A stretch of 62,395 bases of DNA from Comamonadaceae bacterium (GCA_947449025.1 CANFQF010000001.1:1-62395), one strand, 5' to 3'; numbered from the stretch's first letter, positions 1 through 11,180 are shown. Numbers and translations: made by a program. The notes: a model not told the origin generated them from the letters alone.

Positions 1-306
1 CTTGTGAGGATCGATGGAAGCGAACGCGATCATCATGTCCGAGTTCTCGCGCGCAGCCTGGGCGATTTCCTCGTTGGGAATGCGCCGGCGGCCCAGTTGA
101 GATTCGCTGTCCACGGTGAACATCACCAGACCGATCTTTTGCTCGCGGTAGTAGGCAATGGTCTCGGCAATCGTCGGCCGACGGCCGTTCTTGAAGTACT
201 TGTCCGCCGCGCGGTCGTACTCCTCCCCGTAATTGTCGAAGGGGTTCCAGCAGCTCACTTCGGCATGGGTGTGGATGTCGATGGCAAGCAGGTTCTTGTG
301 GTCCAC
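1..306 (-). CDS. Amidohydrolase family protein (CouO-like beta-ketoacyl-CoA hydrolase); 5' part only, runs off window start
   Basis: Not in ORF track. Manual translation from GTG at 306: MDHKNLLAIDIHTHAEVSCWNPFDNYGEEYDRAADKYF...FASIDPHK. Has the IDxHxH metal motif, a GGAGA RBS upstream, and sits divergent from the crotonase/feruloyl-CoA synthetase operon. Confidence 0.8.
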   Translation of the reverse strand, partial: MDHKNLLAIDIHTHAEVSCWNPFDNYGEEYDRAADKYFKNGRRPTIAETIAYYREQKIGLVMFTVDSESQLGRRRIPNEEIAQAARENSDMMIAFASIDPHK

Positions 307-361
307 GGCAGATCTCCTCAGGGTTTTTACTGAGCCGGCAAGGGGCCCGACTTCCTAAACT

Positions 362-378
362 AGCTATGCTTTATAGCT
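362..378. promoter_or_regulatory. Inverted repeat AGCTAT-N5-ATAGCT, candidate MarR (CouR/FerC-type) operator
   Basis: Perfect 6-bp inverted repeat in the AT-rich divergent promoter of a cluster that ends in a MarR gene. Confidence 0.5.
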
Positions 379-393
379 TTATATCAGGAACCT

Positions 394-1188
394 ATGGCCC
401 GCCTCCCCCACGTTATCCCCAGTCTGGACGAAGTTCAGGTCGACATCCGCGGCGCCATCGCCATCGTTCGCCTGAGCCGCCCCAAGAAGCGCAACGCCAT
501 CAACGACGGTCTGATTGCCGCCATCGCCCAGCGTTTCGAGGAGCTGCCCGAGACCGTGCACGCGGTGGTGTTGCACGGCGAGGGCGATCATTTCTGCGCC
601 GGCCTCGACCTGGGCGAGCTCAAGGACCGCGACGCGGCCGAGGGCCTGCACCACTCTCGCTCCTGGTACTACGTGCTGCGTGACATCGAGCAGGGCCGCC
701 GGCCGGTGGTCGCTGCCCTGCACGGCGCCGTGGTCGGAGGCGGCCTGGAGTTGGCCACCGCCTGCCACATCCGGGTGGCCGACGACAGCACCTTCTTCGC
801 CCTGCCCGAGGGCAGCCGCGGCATCTTCGTGGGCGGCGGCGGCTCGGTACGGGTGCCCAAGCTCATTGGCGCCCACCGCATGATGGACATGATGCTCACC
901 GGCCGCGTCTACAAGGCCGCCGAAGGCGTGTCCATCGGCATGGCGCAGTACCACGTGCCCACCGGCGAAGCGCTGGCCAAGGCGATTGAACTGGCCGAGC
1001 GCATTGCCCAGAACGCGCCCATGACCAACTACGCCCTGATCAACGGCCTGCCCCGCATCGCCGAGCAGCCGGCCGACCACGGCTTCCTCACCGAGTCCTT
1101 GCTGGCGGGCATCGCCCAGGCCGCGCCGGAGGCCAAGGCCCGGGTCCGCGCTTTCCTCGACGGCACCGGCCCCAAGGTCAAGGCTTGA
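394..1188 (+). CDS. Enoyl-CoA hydratase/crotonase family protein
   Basis: FCAGLDL, GAVVGGGLELA and FALPE crotonase motifs. Confidence 0.92.
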   Translation: MARLPHVIPSLDEVQVDIRGAIAIVRLSRPKKRNAINDGLIAAIAQRFEELPETVHAVVLHGEGDHFCAGLDLGELKDRDAAEGLHHSRSWYYVLRDIEQGRRPVVAALHGAVVGGGLELATACHIRVADDSTFFALPEGSRGIFVGGGGSVRVPKLIGAHRMMDMMLTGRVYKAAEGVSIGMAQYHVPTGEALAKAIELAERIAQNAPMTNYALINGLPRIAEQPADHGFLTESLLAGIAQAAPEAKARVRAFLDGTGPKVKA

Positions 1189-1202
1189 AGGAGCGCAGCC
1201 CC

Positions 1203-3083
1203 ATGGACAAGGCCCAAGCCCCCGTTTTCCGGCCCTACACCTTCGGCGTGGACCGCGCGCGGGTGCACACTGAGGGCGCCCACACCTATGTCGCGGCCGA
1301 TCAGGCACTTGGCAACTACCCGCCGCGCATGACCGACCACCTGGTCCGCTGGGCGGGCGTGAAGCCCGAGCAGACCCTGTTCGCCCAGCGCGACCCGGCC
1401 CTGGGCGGCGACTGGCGCCACCTCACCTTCGCACAGGCCCTGGACAGCGCGCGCCGCATCGGCCAGGCCCTGCTCGATCGCGGCTTGAGCGCCGAACGGC
1501 CCCTGGTCATCTTGAGCGAGAACAGCCTCTCGCATGCGCTGCTGGCGCTGGGCGCCATGTACGCAGGCATCGCCTTCTGTCCCGTCTCACCGGCCTATTC
1601 ACTCGTGAGCAAGGACTACGACAAACTGCGTCATGTGCTGGACACCCTGACCCCCGGGCTGGTGTTCGCGGCCGACTGGCAGCGATTCCAGGCGCCGATC
1701 GAGGCCTTGGTCGATGCCGGTATCGAGGTCATTCTGGACAACGCCAACGGCGCGGCAAGCAGCCGCGGCCACAAGGTCACCGCGATGGCGGCGCTTCTGG
1801 CCACCGAGCCCACCGCCGCAGTGGATGCAGCAATGGCAGCCACGGGCCCCGACACCATCGTGAAGTTCCTCTTCACCAGCGGCTCGACCAAGCTGCCCAA
1901 GGCGGTAATCAATACCCAACGCATGATCTGCGCCAACCAGCAGCAGTTGGCGCAGTCCATGAAGTCGACCTTCGAGACCCCGCCCGTGCTGGTGGACTGG
2001 CTGCCATGGAACCACACTGCCGGGGGCAACCACGACTTCTTCATGTGCGTGGCCCACGGCGGGTCTTTCTACATCGACGAAGGCAAGCCCACTCCGGCAC
2101 TGATCGGCGAGACCCTTCGCAACCTGCGCGAGATCGCCCCCACCTGGTACTTCAACGTGCCAGTGGGCTACGAGGCCCTGGCCCGGGCGATGGACAGCGA
2201 CGACTTGCTGCGTCGCAATTTCTTCTCCCGGCTGCGCTCGACGATGTACGCCGGCGCCGCGCTGGCGCAGCCGGTGCAGGACGCACTCTATGCGCACGCC
2301 GAGCGGGAATATGGCGAGCGCATTCCGATGACCGCCAGCCTGGGCATGACCGAGTCCGCACCCTTCGCCCTGTTCGTGACCCACCCGCATTCAATGGCCG
2401 GTGACGTTGGCCTGCCCTCTGCGGGCATGGAACTCAAGCTGGTGAAGATGGGTGACAAAGAGGAGATTCGCTACAAGGGGCCCAACATCACCCCAGGCTA
2501 CTGGCGCAACCCCGAAGCCACCGCCGAGGCCTTCGACGATGAAGGATTCTTTTGCACCGGCGATGCAGTGCTGTGGATCGACGAGGGCAACAAGCATCTG
2601 GGCCTGAAATTTGACGGCCGCATCGCCGAAGACTTCAAACTGGCCACCGGCACCTTTGTGAGCGTGGGTCCGCTACGCGGCAAGATCATCTCGGCGGGCG
2701 CGCCCTATGTGCAGGACGCGGTGATCACCGGTCTCAACATGAACGAGGTCGGCGCCCTGCTGGTGGCCACGCCGGCGATTCGCCAGCTCGCTGGCCTGCC
2801 CACCACCGCCTCGCTGGAGGAGGTCGTCACCAGCGCCCCGGTCAAGACCTGGCTGCAGGACCTTGTCAACCGCCTGGCCCAGGGCGCCACCGGCAGCGCC
2901 ACCCGCATCGCGCGGGCCCTGTTGCTCACCGAGCCACCGCACCTGGACAAGGGCGAGATCACAGACAAAGGGTCCCTCAACCAGCGGGCCGTCCTCAAAC
3001 ACCGGGCTGCGCTGGTCGACGCCCTGCATGCCGGCACCGTCCCCCATATCGCCACCCCTCAAAAAACGGGAGCTTCCACATGA
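1203..3083 (+). CDS. fcs: Feruloyl-CoA synthetase-like acyl-CoA ligase
   Basis: AMP-binding motifs FLFTSGSTKLPKAV, GMTES and TGD; DWLPWNHT and DKGEITDKGSLNQRAVL typical of Fcs. ATG 1203 follows an AAGGAG RBS. Confidence 0.85.
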   Translation: MDKAQAPVFRPYTFGVDRARVHTEGAHTYVAADQALGNYPPRMTDHLVRWAGVKPEQTLFAQRDPALGGDWRHLTFAQALDSARRIGQALLDRGLSAERPLVILSENSLSHALLALGAMYAGIAFCPVSPAYSLVSKDYDKLRHVLDTLTPGLVFAADWQRFQAPIEALVDAGIEVILDNANGAASSRGHKVTAMAALLATEPTAAVDAAMAATGPDTIVKFLFTSGSTKLPKAVINTQRMICANQQQLAQSMKSTFETPPVLVDWLPWNHTAGGNHDFFMCVAHGGSFYIDEGKPTPALIGETLRNLREIAPTWYFNVPVGYEALARAMDSDDLLRRNFFSRLRSTMYAGAALAQPVQDALYAHAEREYGERIPMTASLGMTESAPFALFVTHPHSMAGDVGLPSAGMELKLVKMGDKEEIRYKGPNITPGYWRNPEATAEAFDDEGFFCTGDAVLWIDEGNKHLGLKFDGRIAEDFKLATGTFVSVGPLRGKIISAGAPYVQDAVITGLNMNEVGALLVATPAIRQLAGLPTTASLEEVVTSAPVKTWLQDLVNRLAQGATGSATRIARALLLTEPPHLDKGEITDKGSLNQRAVLKHRAALVDALHAGTVPHIATPQKTGAST

Positions 3084-3844
3084 ACATCCAGGGACAAGCC
3101 GCCATCGTCACCGGGGGAGCTTCCGGCCTCGGCGAGGCCACCGCACGCATGCTCGCCGCGCGCGGTGCCAAGGTAGCGGTATTCGACCGCAACGCCGAAG
3201 GCGCGCAGCGCGTGGCCGCTGAAATCGGCGGCATTGCCTGCCCCTGCGACATCACCGACGAGGCGAGCGCCTCCGCAGCCATCGCCCAAGCGGCCGCCGT
3301 GCACGGACCGGCGCGCCTGTTGATGAACGTGGCCGGCATCGGCAGCGCCAAGCGCATCGTGCAGCGTGACGGCAGCCCCGCGCCCCTCATCGACTTCACC
3401 CGCGTGGTGAACGTCAACCTGGTCGGCGCCTACAACATGGCGCGCCTGTTCGCCGCGCAGTGCGCGGCCCAGCCGGCGCTGGAAGACGGCGAGCGCGGCG
3501 TGATCCTCTTCACCGCTTCGGTCGCCGCCTTTGACGGCCAGGTGGGCCAGGAGGCCTACAGCGCCTCCAAGGCCGGCCTGGTGGGCATGACGCTACCGAT
3601 GGCGCGCGACTTGGCGCAGCACGGTATCCGCGTATGCACCATCGCCCCGGGCCTGTTTGCCACGCCACTGATGAACGAACTGCCGGAGGCCGTGCAGCAG
3701 TCGCTGGCCGCCTCGATCCCCTTTCCCCCGCGTCTGGGCAAGCCCTCGGAGTTCGCCGAGCTGGCCTGCCATATCGCCTCCAACGTGCATCTCAACGGCG
3801 AGGTGATCCGCCTCGACGGAGCGTTGCGCATGGCGCCGCGCTGA
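3080..3844 (+). CDS. SDR 3-hydroxyacyl-CoA dehydrogenase (HSD10-like)
   Basis: TGGASGLG, YSASK catalytic motif, NGEVIRLDGALRM C-terminus. Confidence 0.9.
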   Translation: MNIQGQAAIVTGGASGLGEATARMLAARGAKVAVFDRNAEGAQRVAAEIGGIACPCDITDEASASAAIAQAAAVHGPARLLMNVAGIGSAKRIVQRDGSPAPLIDFTRVVNVNLVGAYNMARLFAAQCAAQPALEDGERGVILFTASVAAFDGQVGQEAYSASKAGLVGMTLPMARDLAQHGIRVCTIAPGLFATPLMNELPEAVQQSLAASIPFPPRLGKPSEFAELACHIASNVHLNGEVIRLDGALRMAPR

Positions 3845-3902
3845 AGCGGCGAGTCTGTCCCCGCAAGGCTTTTCGACACAGGCTTTCCACCTCAGGCATC
3901 CG

Positions 3903-5636
3903 ATGTCCCTCGACCACCGCCCCGACGCTGGCGCCCTCGGCCATATCCTCACTGAGGTGCTGCAAGCGCCCGCCGTCCTCGCCGCCCTGCCACCGCACGG
4001 CGCTTATGACACGGACCTGCAGCGGCAGGTGCTCGAAGGCGCGGCCGAATTTGTGGGCGGCGTGATCGCCCCCCTCACCCGCGTCGGCGACGAGGTCGGC
4101 GCCCGATTCGAGGCGGGGCAGGTGACCATGCCTCCAGGTTTCCGGGCAGCCTATGAGGCCTTCTGGCAGGCCGGCTGGCCCGCGCTCTCGCATGCCGAGG
4201 AAGACGGTGGACAGGCACTGCCGGTGGTGCTGGAGATGGCGCTCTACGAAATGCTCAGCGCCGCCAACCACGGCTGGACCATGGCCCCGGGCCTGCTGAC
4301 CGGCGCCTACGAAACACTCAAGCACCATGGCGACGCCACTGTGCGCGCCCTGTTCCTGCCCCGCCTGGGCACCGGCGAGTGGCTGGCCACCATGTGCCTG
4401 ACCGAGCCGCACGCCGGCAGCGACCTGGGCCTGGTGCGCACCAAGGCCACGCCACAAGCCGGGCCCCATGGCGCCACGCATCGCCTGGACGGCGGCAAGA
4501 TCTTCATCTCCGGCGGCGAGCACGACCTCACCGACAACATCATTCACCTGGTGCTGGCCCGCCTGCCCGACGCACCGCCCGGCCCCAAGGGCCTGTCGCT
4601 CTTCGTCGTGCCCAAGTTCTTGCCCGAGGGCGATGGCATCGGCGCGCGCAACGGCGCTTACTGCGACCGCATCGAGGAAAAAATGGGCCTGCACGGCAGC
4701 CCCACCTGCGTGATGCGATTCGAAGCCGCAACGGGTTGGCTGGTCGGCGAGGCCGGCAAGGGCTTGGCAGCCATGTTCATCATGATGAACGCCGCTCGCC
4801 TGCACGTAGCCCTGCAGGGCATCGGGCTGCTCGAGGCCGCGCACCAGCGCGCCAGTGCCTACGCCCTCGAGCGCCGCCAGATGCGCGCGCCCGGCGCGAA
4901 AGACACCAGCCTCATCGCCGACCACCCTGCGGTGCGCCGCATCCTCTCGACCCAGCGGGCCTGGATCGACTGCGGGCGCGTGCTGGCCTACCACACTGCC
5001 CTCGCGCTGGAAGTGGCCCGCAGCCACCCCGACGCCGCCCGCCGCGAGGCAGCAGCGAGCTGGTGCGCATTGGCCACGCCCATCATGAAGTCCGCTTTCA
5101 CAGAGCAGGGGTTTGCCGGCGCCAGCGCCTGCCTGCAGGTGTTCGGCGGCCACGGCTATGTGCGCGAGTGGGGCATCGAGCAGATCGTGCGTGATTCGCG
5201 GGTGGCCATGATCTACGAGGGCACCAATGAGATCCAGGCGCTCGACCTCCTGCAACGCAAGGTGATGCCCGATGGGGGCGCAGCACTGTTTGCTGCCCTG
5301 GCAGGTTTGGACGCAGAACCGGCCGAGCGGCAGCGCTTTGGGGTGCTGGTCGACCTCGCACGGCGCATCACGCAGGTCGCCCCGGCCCGCGTCGACCTGC
5401 CCGCCTGGGTGGCCGACGACTTCCTGCGCGCTTGCGCGGTCGCTCTGCTGGCCTGGGCCGGCAGCCGCCTGGCGGCTGCGCCGGGCGGCGACACCGCGCG
5501 CTGGCAGGAGCCGCGGGGCGCCCTCGCCGCATGGATCCTGCCGGAGTTCGACATGCGGGTGCGCATCATCGAAGACCGCCTCGCCCAGGGCCTACCCCAG
5601 GCGGTGGCGGACGCAGAAGGGATGACCGCCTCGTGA
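3903..5636 (+). CDS. Acyl-CoA dehydrogenase
   Basis: MCLTEPHAGSDLG, KIFISGGEHD, EEKMGLHGSPTC, QVFGGHGY and IYEGTNEIQA motifs. Confidence 0.93.
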   Translation: MSLDHRPDAGALGHILTEVLQAPAVLAALPPHGAYDTDLQRQVLEGAAEFVGGVIAPLTRVGDEVGARFEAGQVTMPPGFRAAYEAFWQAGWPALSHAEEDGGQALPVVLEMALYEMLSAANHGWTMAPGLLTGAYETLKHHGDATVRALFLPRLGTGEWLATMCLTEPHAGSDLGLVRTKATPQAGPHGATHRLDGGKIFISGGEHDLTDNIIHLVLARLPDAPPGPKGLSLFVVPKFLPEGDGIGARNGAYCDRIEEKMGLHGSPTCVMRFEAATGWLVGEAGKGLAAMFIMMNAARLHVALQGIGLLEAAHQRASAYALERRQMRAPGAKDTSLIADHPAVRRILSTQRAWIDCGRVLAYHTALALEVARSHPDAARREAAASWCALATPIMKSAFTEQGFAGASACLQVFGGHGYVREWGIEQIVRDSRVAMIYEGTNEIQALDLLQRKVMPDGGAALFAALAGLDAEPAERQRFGVLVDLARRITQVAPARVDLPAWVADDFLRACAVALLAWAGSRLAAAPGGDTARWQEPRGALAAWILPEFDMRVRIIEDRLAQGLPQAVADAEGMTAS

Positions 5637-6103
5637 CGGAATCCAAAGACGGCGGCAACGCCGACGCCACCACCAGCGAAGGCATCGACACCCAGGTGAT
5701 CGAAGCCTTCCTGGGCTACAGCGCCCGGCGCGCCTCTTTGGTCATCCTCGCCAACTTCGTGAGGCGCCTGGCGCCCCTGGCATTGCGGCCGGTAGATTTC
5801 ACCGTCCTGGCGCTGGCCGGCAGCAATCCGGGCATCACCTCCAGCCAGTTGTGCCAGTTACTCGACATCCAGTCGCCCAATCTGGTGGTCCTGGTCAAGC
5901 AGTTGCAGGACCGGGGCCTGATCGATAGGCGTCCCCACCCCACCGACGGCCGCGCCATGGGCTTGCACCTCACGGCCAGCGGTAGCGGCCTGGTGGACAA
6001 GGCCACCACATTGGCCCATGAGGCCGACGACGAGGCCTCGGGCAAGCTGTCGGCGGCCGAACGGCAAACCTTGGCCCGCCTGCTGCGCAAGGTCTATCAG
6101 TGA
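5633..6103 (+). CDS. MarR family transcriptional regulator
   Basis: Winged-helix pattern ([24 protein letters not shown]); GTG start overlaps the upstream stop. Confidence 0.87.
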   Translation: MTESKDGGNADATTSEGIDTQVIEAFLGYSARRASLVILANFVRRLAPLALRPVDFTVLALAGSNPGITSSQLCQLLDIQSPNLVVLVKQLQDRGLIDRRPHPTDGRAMGLHLTASGSGLVDKATTLAHEADDEASGKLSAAERQTLARLLRKVYQ

Positions 6104-6173
6104 TGGCCATGAAGTGAAGCCCGGCGGCCTCGGGCGGGCCGCTACACTGGTCGGATTTGCAAGGAACATCGAC

Positions 6174-6524
6174 ATGAACACGACCCCTTCCGGCCTGCAG
6201 TACCACGACAGCGTGATCGGCGAAGGCGACGAGGCCCAGCCCGGCCAGTACGTCACCGTGCACTACACCGGCTGGCTGTCCAAGGACGGCGAGCGTGGCG
6301 CCAAATTCGACTCCAGCCTGGACCGCAACGACCCCTTCGCCTTCGATCTGGGCGCCGGCATGGTGATCCGTGGCTGGGACGAGGGCGTGGCCGGCATGAA
6401 GGTCGGCGGTCAGCGCACCCTGCTCATCCCGCCAGAGCTGGGCTATGGCGCCCGCGGCGCCGGCGGTGTGATCCCGCCGAATGCCACTTTGGAGTTCGCA
6501 GTCGAACTGCTGGCGGTCGAATAA
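6174..6524 (+). CDS. FKBP-type peptidyl-prolyl cis-trans isomerase
   Basis: [35 protein letters not shown] and IPPNATL motifs. Confidence 0.95.
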   Translation: MNTTPSGLQYHDSVIGEGDEAQPGQYVTVHYTGWLSKDGERGAKFDSSLDRNDPFAFDLGAGMVIRGWDEGVAGMKVGGQRTLLIPPELGYGARGAGGVIPPNATLEFAVELLAVE

Positions 6525-6609
6525 ACCCGGCGCCCGGCGCGCACACTCATCCGATGGGTCCGCCGGGTCTGTCCCGGCGCACGGCATACGCGGCCGTAAC
6601 CAAGCGCCC

Positions 6610-6635
6610 CTTGAACCCGGCTCGGCAGCCCCCAT
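6610..6635 (+). promoter_or_regulatory. Sigma-32 (RpoH) heat-shock promoter of grpE
   Basis: CTTGAA-N14-CCCCAT, matching the RpoH consensus. Confidence 0.8.
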
Positions 6636-6670
6636 CTGCCGACTCATTCCATTGCTCCCCCTGCCCGCCC

Positions 6671-7210
6671 ATGTCCGACAACCCCCTACACGCTGCCCAG
6701 GAAAACGACCTGCCTATCGAAGCGATTGCGGCCGGTGCCCTGGCCGAAGTCCAGGCCCAACTGGCCGAGCTCAAAGCCAAGAACGCCGAACTGGCTGAAC
6801 AGTACCTGCGAGCCCAGGCCGACATGCAAAACACCCGCCGCCGGGCGGATGAGGATATGGCCAAGGCCCGCAAGTTCGCGATCGAATCCTTTGCCGAGAG
6901 CCTGCTGCCGGTCTGCGACAGCCTGCAAGCGGGCCTGGCCATCCACGATGCCAGCCCGGCGCAGATTCGCGAGGGGGCCGAGGCCACCCTGCGCCAACTC
7001 AAGAGCGCACTGGAACGCAACAAGGTGCTCGAAATCAACCCCGAGGGCGGCGCCAAGTTCGACCCCCACCAGCACCAGGCCATCTCCGTGGTGCCCCGGC
7101 CCGAGGGCAGCCAGCAGGAGGCAGGCACCGTGGTTGCCGTACTGCAAAAGGGCTACCTGATTGCTGAGCGGGTGCTACGCCCCGCACTGGTCACCGTGGC
7201 CCAGGGCTGA
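6671..7210 (+). CDS. grpE: Nucleotide exchange factor GrpE
   Basis: [22 protein letters not shown] and [19 protein letters not shown] motifs; directly upstream of dnaK. Confidence 0.96.
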   Translation: MSDNPLHAAQENDLPIEAIAAGALAEVQAQLAELKAKNAELAEQYLRAQADMQNTRRRADEDMAKARKFAIESFAESLLPVCDSLQAGLAIHDASPAQIREGAEATLRQLKSALERNKVLEINPEGGAKFDPHQHQAISVVPRPEGSQQEAGTVVAVLQKGYLIAERVLRPALVTVAQG

Positions 7211-7267
7211 AACGGGCCCTGGCCTGAAGGTGCTTGCAGGCGCTTTCAGGCCTGAAGTCATTGAGGC

Positions 7268-7293
7268 CTTGAAAGACGGGCTCCCGCCCGCAC
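7268..7293 (+). promoter_or_regulatory. Probable sigma-32 promoter of dnaK
   Basis: CTTGAA-N14-CCGCAC; the -10 element is imperfect. Confidence 0.55.
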
Positions 7294-7353
7294 CTGCTTA
7301 CCAATTGAAGCCTTGAGCCCGCCCTCCGGCGGGCCGATAGAACTGGAGAAATC

Positions 7354-9303
7354 ATGGGAAAGATCATCGGCATCGACCTGGGCACGACCAACTCGTGCGT
7401 CTCGGTCATGGAGGGCAACACCCCCCGCGTCATCGAAAACAGTGAAGGCGCGCGCACCACGCCGTCCATCGTGGCCTACCAAGAGGACGGCGAAATTCTG
7501 GTGGGTGCCTCGGCCAAGCGCCAGGCGGTCACCAACGCCCGGAACACCCTGTACGCGGTCAAGCGCCTGATCGGCCGCAAGTTCGAGGAAAAGGAAGTCC
7601 AGAAGGACATCCACCTCATGCCCTACGAGATCGCCAAGGCCGACAACGGCGACGCCTGGGTATCAGTGCGCGGCAAGAAGATGGCCCCGCCGCAGATCAG
7701 CGCCGAGGTGCTGCGCAAAATGAAGAAGACCGCCGAGGACTACCTGGGCGAGCCGGTGACCGAGGCCGTGATCACGGTGCCGGCCTACTTCAACGACGCC
7801 CAGCGCCAGGCCACCAAAGATGCCGGCCGCATTGCCGGCCTGGAAGTCAAGCGCATCATCAACGAGCCCACCGCCGCGGCCCTGGCCTTTGGTCTGGACA
7901 AGCAGGAAAAGGGCGACCGCAAGATTGCCGTCTATGACCTGGGTGGCGGCACATTTGACGTGTCCATCATCGAGATCGCCGACGTCGACGGTGAAAAGCA
8001 GTTCGAAGTGCTGTCCACCAACGGCGACACCTTCCTGGGCGGTGAAGACTTCGACCAGCGCATCATCGACTTCATCATTGGCGAGTTCAAGAAGGAGCAA
8101 GGCGTCGACCTGTCCAAGGACGTGCTCGCCCTGCAGCGCCTGAAGGAATCGGCCGAGAAGGCCAAGATCGAACTGTCCAACAGCGCGCAGACCGATATCA
8201 ACCTGCCCTACATCACCGCCGACGCCACGGGGCCCAAGCACCTGAACATCAAGCTCTCCCGCGCCAAGCTCGAGAGCCTGGTCGACGAGCTGGTCGAGCG
8301 CACCATCGCCCCTTGCCGCACCGCCATCAAGGACGCCGGCGTGTCGGTGGCCGACATCCACGACGTGATTCTGGTCGGCGGCATGACCCGCATGCCCAAG
8401 GTGCAGGAGAAGGTCAAAGAGTTTTTCGGCAAGGAGCCGCGCAAGGACGTCAACCCCGACGAAGCCGTTGCCGTGGGCGCTGCCATCCAGGGCCAGGTGC
8501 TCGGTGGCGACCGCACCGACGTGCTGCTGCTGGACGTGACCCCTCTGTCCCTGGGCATCGAAACCCTGGGCGGCGTCATGACCAAGATGATTGCCAAGAA
8601 CACCACCATTCCGACCAAGTTCGCGCAGACCTTCTCCACCGCCGACGACAACCAGCCGGCGGTGACCATCAAGGTCTACCAGGGCGAGCGCGAGATGGCT
8701 GCGGGCAACAAGGGCTTGGGCGAGTTCAACCTCGAGGGCATCCCGCCCTCCCCGCGCGGCATGCCGCAGATCGAGGTGGCTTTTGACATTGACGCCAACG
8801 GCATCTTGCACGTGAGCGCCAAGGACAAGGGCACGGGCAAGGAAAACAAGATCACCATCAAGGCCAACTCGGGCCTCTCGGAAGACGAGATCCAGAAGAT
8901 GGTCAAGGACGCCGAGCTCAACGCCGCCGACGACAAGAAAAAGCTCGAGATCGTGCAGGCCCGCAACCAGGGCGAGGCCATGGTCCACAGCGTGCGCAAG
9001 AGCCTCACCGACTACGGCGACAAGCTCGAGGCCGGCGAGAAGGATTCCATCGAGGCCGCCATCAAGTCCCTGGACGAGGCGCTCAAGGGCGAGGACAAGG
9101 ACGCGATCGAGTCCAAGACCAATGAGCTCATGACCGTGAGCCAAAAGCTCGGCGAGAAGATGTACGCCGACCAGCAGGCCACCGCCGGCGCAGCGGGCGC
9201 GGCCGGTGCCGCCCCGGGCGGCGACGCCGGCGCGCAGGCCTCGGCCAAGCCGAACGACGACAATGTGGTCGACGCTGAGGTCAAGGAAGTCAAGAAAGGC
9301 TGA
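7354..9303 (+). CDS. dnaK: Chaperone DnaK (Hsp70)
   Basis: [17 protein letters not shown] and DLGGGTFD signatures. Confidence 0.99.
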   Translation: MGKIIGIDLGTTNSCVSVMEGNTPRVIENSEGARTTPSIVAYQEDGEILVGASAKRQAVTNARNTLYAVKRLIGRKFEEKEVQKDIHLMPYEIAKADNGDAWVSVRGKKMAPPQISAEVLRKMKKTAEDYLGEPVTEAVITVPAYFNDAQRQATKDAGRIAGLEVKRIINEPTAAALAFGLDKQEKGDRKIAVYDLGGGTFDVSIIEIADVDGEKQFEVLSTNGDTFLGGEDFDQRIIDFIIGEFKKEQGVDLSKDVLALQRLKESAEKAKIELSNSAQTDINLPYITADATGPKHLNIKLSRAKLESLVDELVERTIAPCRTAIKDAGVSVADIHDVILVGGMTRMPKVQEKVKEFFGKEPRKDVNPDEAVAVGAAIQGQVLGGDRTDVLLLDVTPLSLGIETLGGVMTKMIAKNTTIPTKFAQTFSTADDNQPAVTIKVYQGEREMAAGNKGLGEFNLEGIPPSPRGMPQIEVAFDIDANGILHVSAKDKGTGKENKITIKANSGLSEDEIQKMVKDAELNAADDKKKLEIVQARNQGEAMVHSVRKSLTDYGDKLEAGEKDSIEAAIKSLDEALKGEDKDAIESKTNELMTVSQKLGEKMYADQQATAGAAGAAGAAPGGDAGAQASAKPNDDNVVDAEVKEVKKG

Positions 9304-9360
9304 ACCCGGACACCAGGACCTGCGCCCCCGGGCTGGCACGCATTCACTGCCTGCCACCAC

Positions 9361-9420
9361 GCCGCGTGCGACCTGTTGGCGAGGGCTTCCTGCCCCGCCA
9401 CCGGTCCGCGCGGCTTTTTT
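9361..9420 (+). terminator. Long hairpin plus T6, intrinsic terminator/attenuator between dnaK and dnaJ
   Basis: Nested arms GCCGCG/CGCGGC, GACC/GGTC, TGGCG/CGCCA and GGGC/GCCC followed by TTTTTT. Confidence 0.65.
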
Positions 9421-9458
9421 GCTGAAGGCGCGGCCTGCCACCAGGCGAACGAAAGAAC

Positions 9459-10604
9459 ATGGCTAGCAAACGCGATTACTACGAAGTCCTGGGCGTGCCC
9501 AAGAACGCCTCGGACGAGGAGATCAAGAAGGCCTATCGCAAGCTTGCGATGAAGCACCACCCTGACCGCAACCAGGGGGACGCGTCCAAGGACGCGGAAG
9601 CCAAGTTCAAGGAGGGCAAGGAAGCCTACGAGATGCTCTCCGACGCCGAAAAGCGTGCCGCCTACGACCAGTACGGCCACGCCGGCGTCGACCCGAACAT
9701 GCGCGGCGGCCCGGGCGGTGGCGAAGGCGGCGGTGGCTTCGCCGACGCCTTTGGCGACATCTTTGGCGACATCTTTGGCCAGGGCCGCGGCGGCCGGGGC
9801 GGCGGTGGCGGACGCCAGGTCTTTCGTGGCAGCGACCTGTCCTACGCGATGGAAATCACCCTCGAAGAGGCGGCCACCGGCAAGGACGCCCAGATCCGCA
9901 TTCCCAGTTGGGACAGCTGCGCCCCCTGTAACGGCTCGGGCGCCAAGCCCGGCACCCAGGCCAAGATTTGCGCCAGCTGCCACGGCCAGGGCGTGGTGCA
10001 GATGCGCCAGGGCTTTTTCAGCGTGCAACAAACCTGCCCGCAGTGCCGCGGCAGCGGCAAGATCATCCCCGAGCCCTGCCCTGCCTGCCAAGGTGCGGGC
10101 AAGCTCAAGCGCCAGAAAACGCTGGAGGTGAAGATCCCCGCCGGCATCGACGGCGGCATGCGCATTCGCAGCGCCGGCAACGGTGAGCCGGGCACCAATG
10201 GCGGCCCGCCGGGCGACCTCTACATCGAGATTCGCCTCAAAAAGCACAGCATCTTCGAGCGTGACGGCGACGACCTGCACTGCGTGGTGCCGGTCAGCAT
10301 GGCCCGGGCCGCCCTGGGCGGCGAGATCGAGGTGCCCACGCTCTCAGGCAAGGCAGCCATCGACATCCCCGAGGGCACCCAACACGGCAAGCAGTTCCGC
10401 CTGCGTGGCAAGGGCATCAAGGGCGTGCGCTCAAGCTACCCCGGCGACCTCTATTGCCACATCGGCGTGGAGGTGCCGGTCAAGCTCTCCGAACCACAGC
10501 GCAAGCTGCTCAAAGAGCTGGACGACTCCCTCAAGAAGGGCGGTGCCAAGCACACGCCCAGCGAGGACAGCTGGGCGGACAAGCTGCGCGGGTTTTTCCA
10601 GTAA
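9459..10604 (+). CDS. dnaJ: Chaperone DnaJ
   Basis: J-domain HPD, G/F-rich region, four CxxCxGxG zinc-finger repeats. Confidence 0.99.
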   Translation: MASKRDYYEVLGVPKNASDEEIKKAYRKLAMKHHPDRNQGDASKDAEAKFKEGKEAYEMLSDAEKRAAYDQYGHAGVDPNMRGGPGGGEGGGGFADAFGDIFGDIFGQGRGGRGGGGGRQVFRGSDLSYAMEITLEEAATGKDAQIRIPSWDSCAPCNGSGAKPGTQAKICASCHGQGVVQMRQGFFSVQQTCPQCRGSGKIIPEPCPACQGAGKLKRQKTLEVKIPAGIDGGMRIRSAGNGEPGTNGGPPGDLYIEIRLKKHSIFERDGDDLHCVVPVSMARAALGGEIEVPTLSGKAAIDIPEGTQHGKQFRLRGKGIKGVRSSYPGDLYCHIGVEVPVKLSEPQRKLLKELDDSLKKGGAKHTPSEDSWADKLRGFFQ

Positions 10605-10652
10605 TCCCTCTTGGCAGACAGGCCTTGCTTGCCACCGGCATGCGATGGACGG

Positions 10653-11180
10653 TCAGGGTTGCCGGACGTAGGGGAGCATGTCTGTGTCCGGCGGGTAGGC
10701 TGCAATAGCGCTGCTATTGAACTCCCGGCTGAGTTTCATCATTCCCGTGTCGACCACAATGAGCTTGCCCCAGCCTAGCTCGGTGGGGGTGGGGCCCTCA
10801 AAGCGAAACCCCACCGCAGCCGAGGTTCCGACGTCTTCCACCAGAACACCCCCTTGGAGCGTGAGCTTGCCGCGCATGGCGGTCTGTTTGCCCGCATCGG
10901 CGGCTTGACACTCAGGTCCGCTGTACTCGGTGTCGTAGCCAATCTGCTCAAGTTCAGACGGCCCTGTCTTGCTGAGACTAAACGAGATCTTCTGGCTGCC
11001 TACCGAAGTGCGCACGCATCGGAACCATTCACCCTCGATGGACAGGGTGTTGAGGATGCCGCCCGGGGGCTCTTGGTGCGTCTCGGTCTGCGAAGCTCCT
11101 CCTCCGCCGCAAGCCACCAGAACCGACCCCAGCGCCAGGGTCACCGCCACCGTGGCGGCATTCTTGATCGCGTATCCCAT
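10653..11180 (-). CDS. Hypothetical lipoprotein (paralog A)
   Basis: GGAGG RBS before ATG 11180; signal peptide ending in lipobox LVAC, then a Gly/Ser linker; GEW..C and Y.G..C motifs shared with paralog B. Confidence 0.8.
   Translation of the reverse strand: MGYAIKNAATVAVTLALGSVLVACGGGGASQTETHQEPPGGILNTLSIEGEWFRCVRTSVGSQKISFSLSKTGPSELEQIGYDTEYSGPECQAADAGKQTAMRGKLTLQGGVLVEDVGTSAAVGFRFEGPTPTELGWGKLIVVDTGMMKLSREFNSSAIAAYPPDTDMLPYVRQP

Noticed and set aside
4-333. 109-aa + strand ORF at window start
   Set aside because: Antisense shadow of the minus-strand amidohydrolase, which has clear motifs and an RBS.
7663-9441. 592-aa ORF antisense to dnaK
   Set aside because: Long antisense frames opposite dnaK are a known codon-bias artefact in GC-rich genomes; no motifs.
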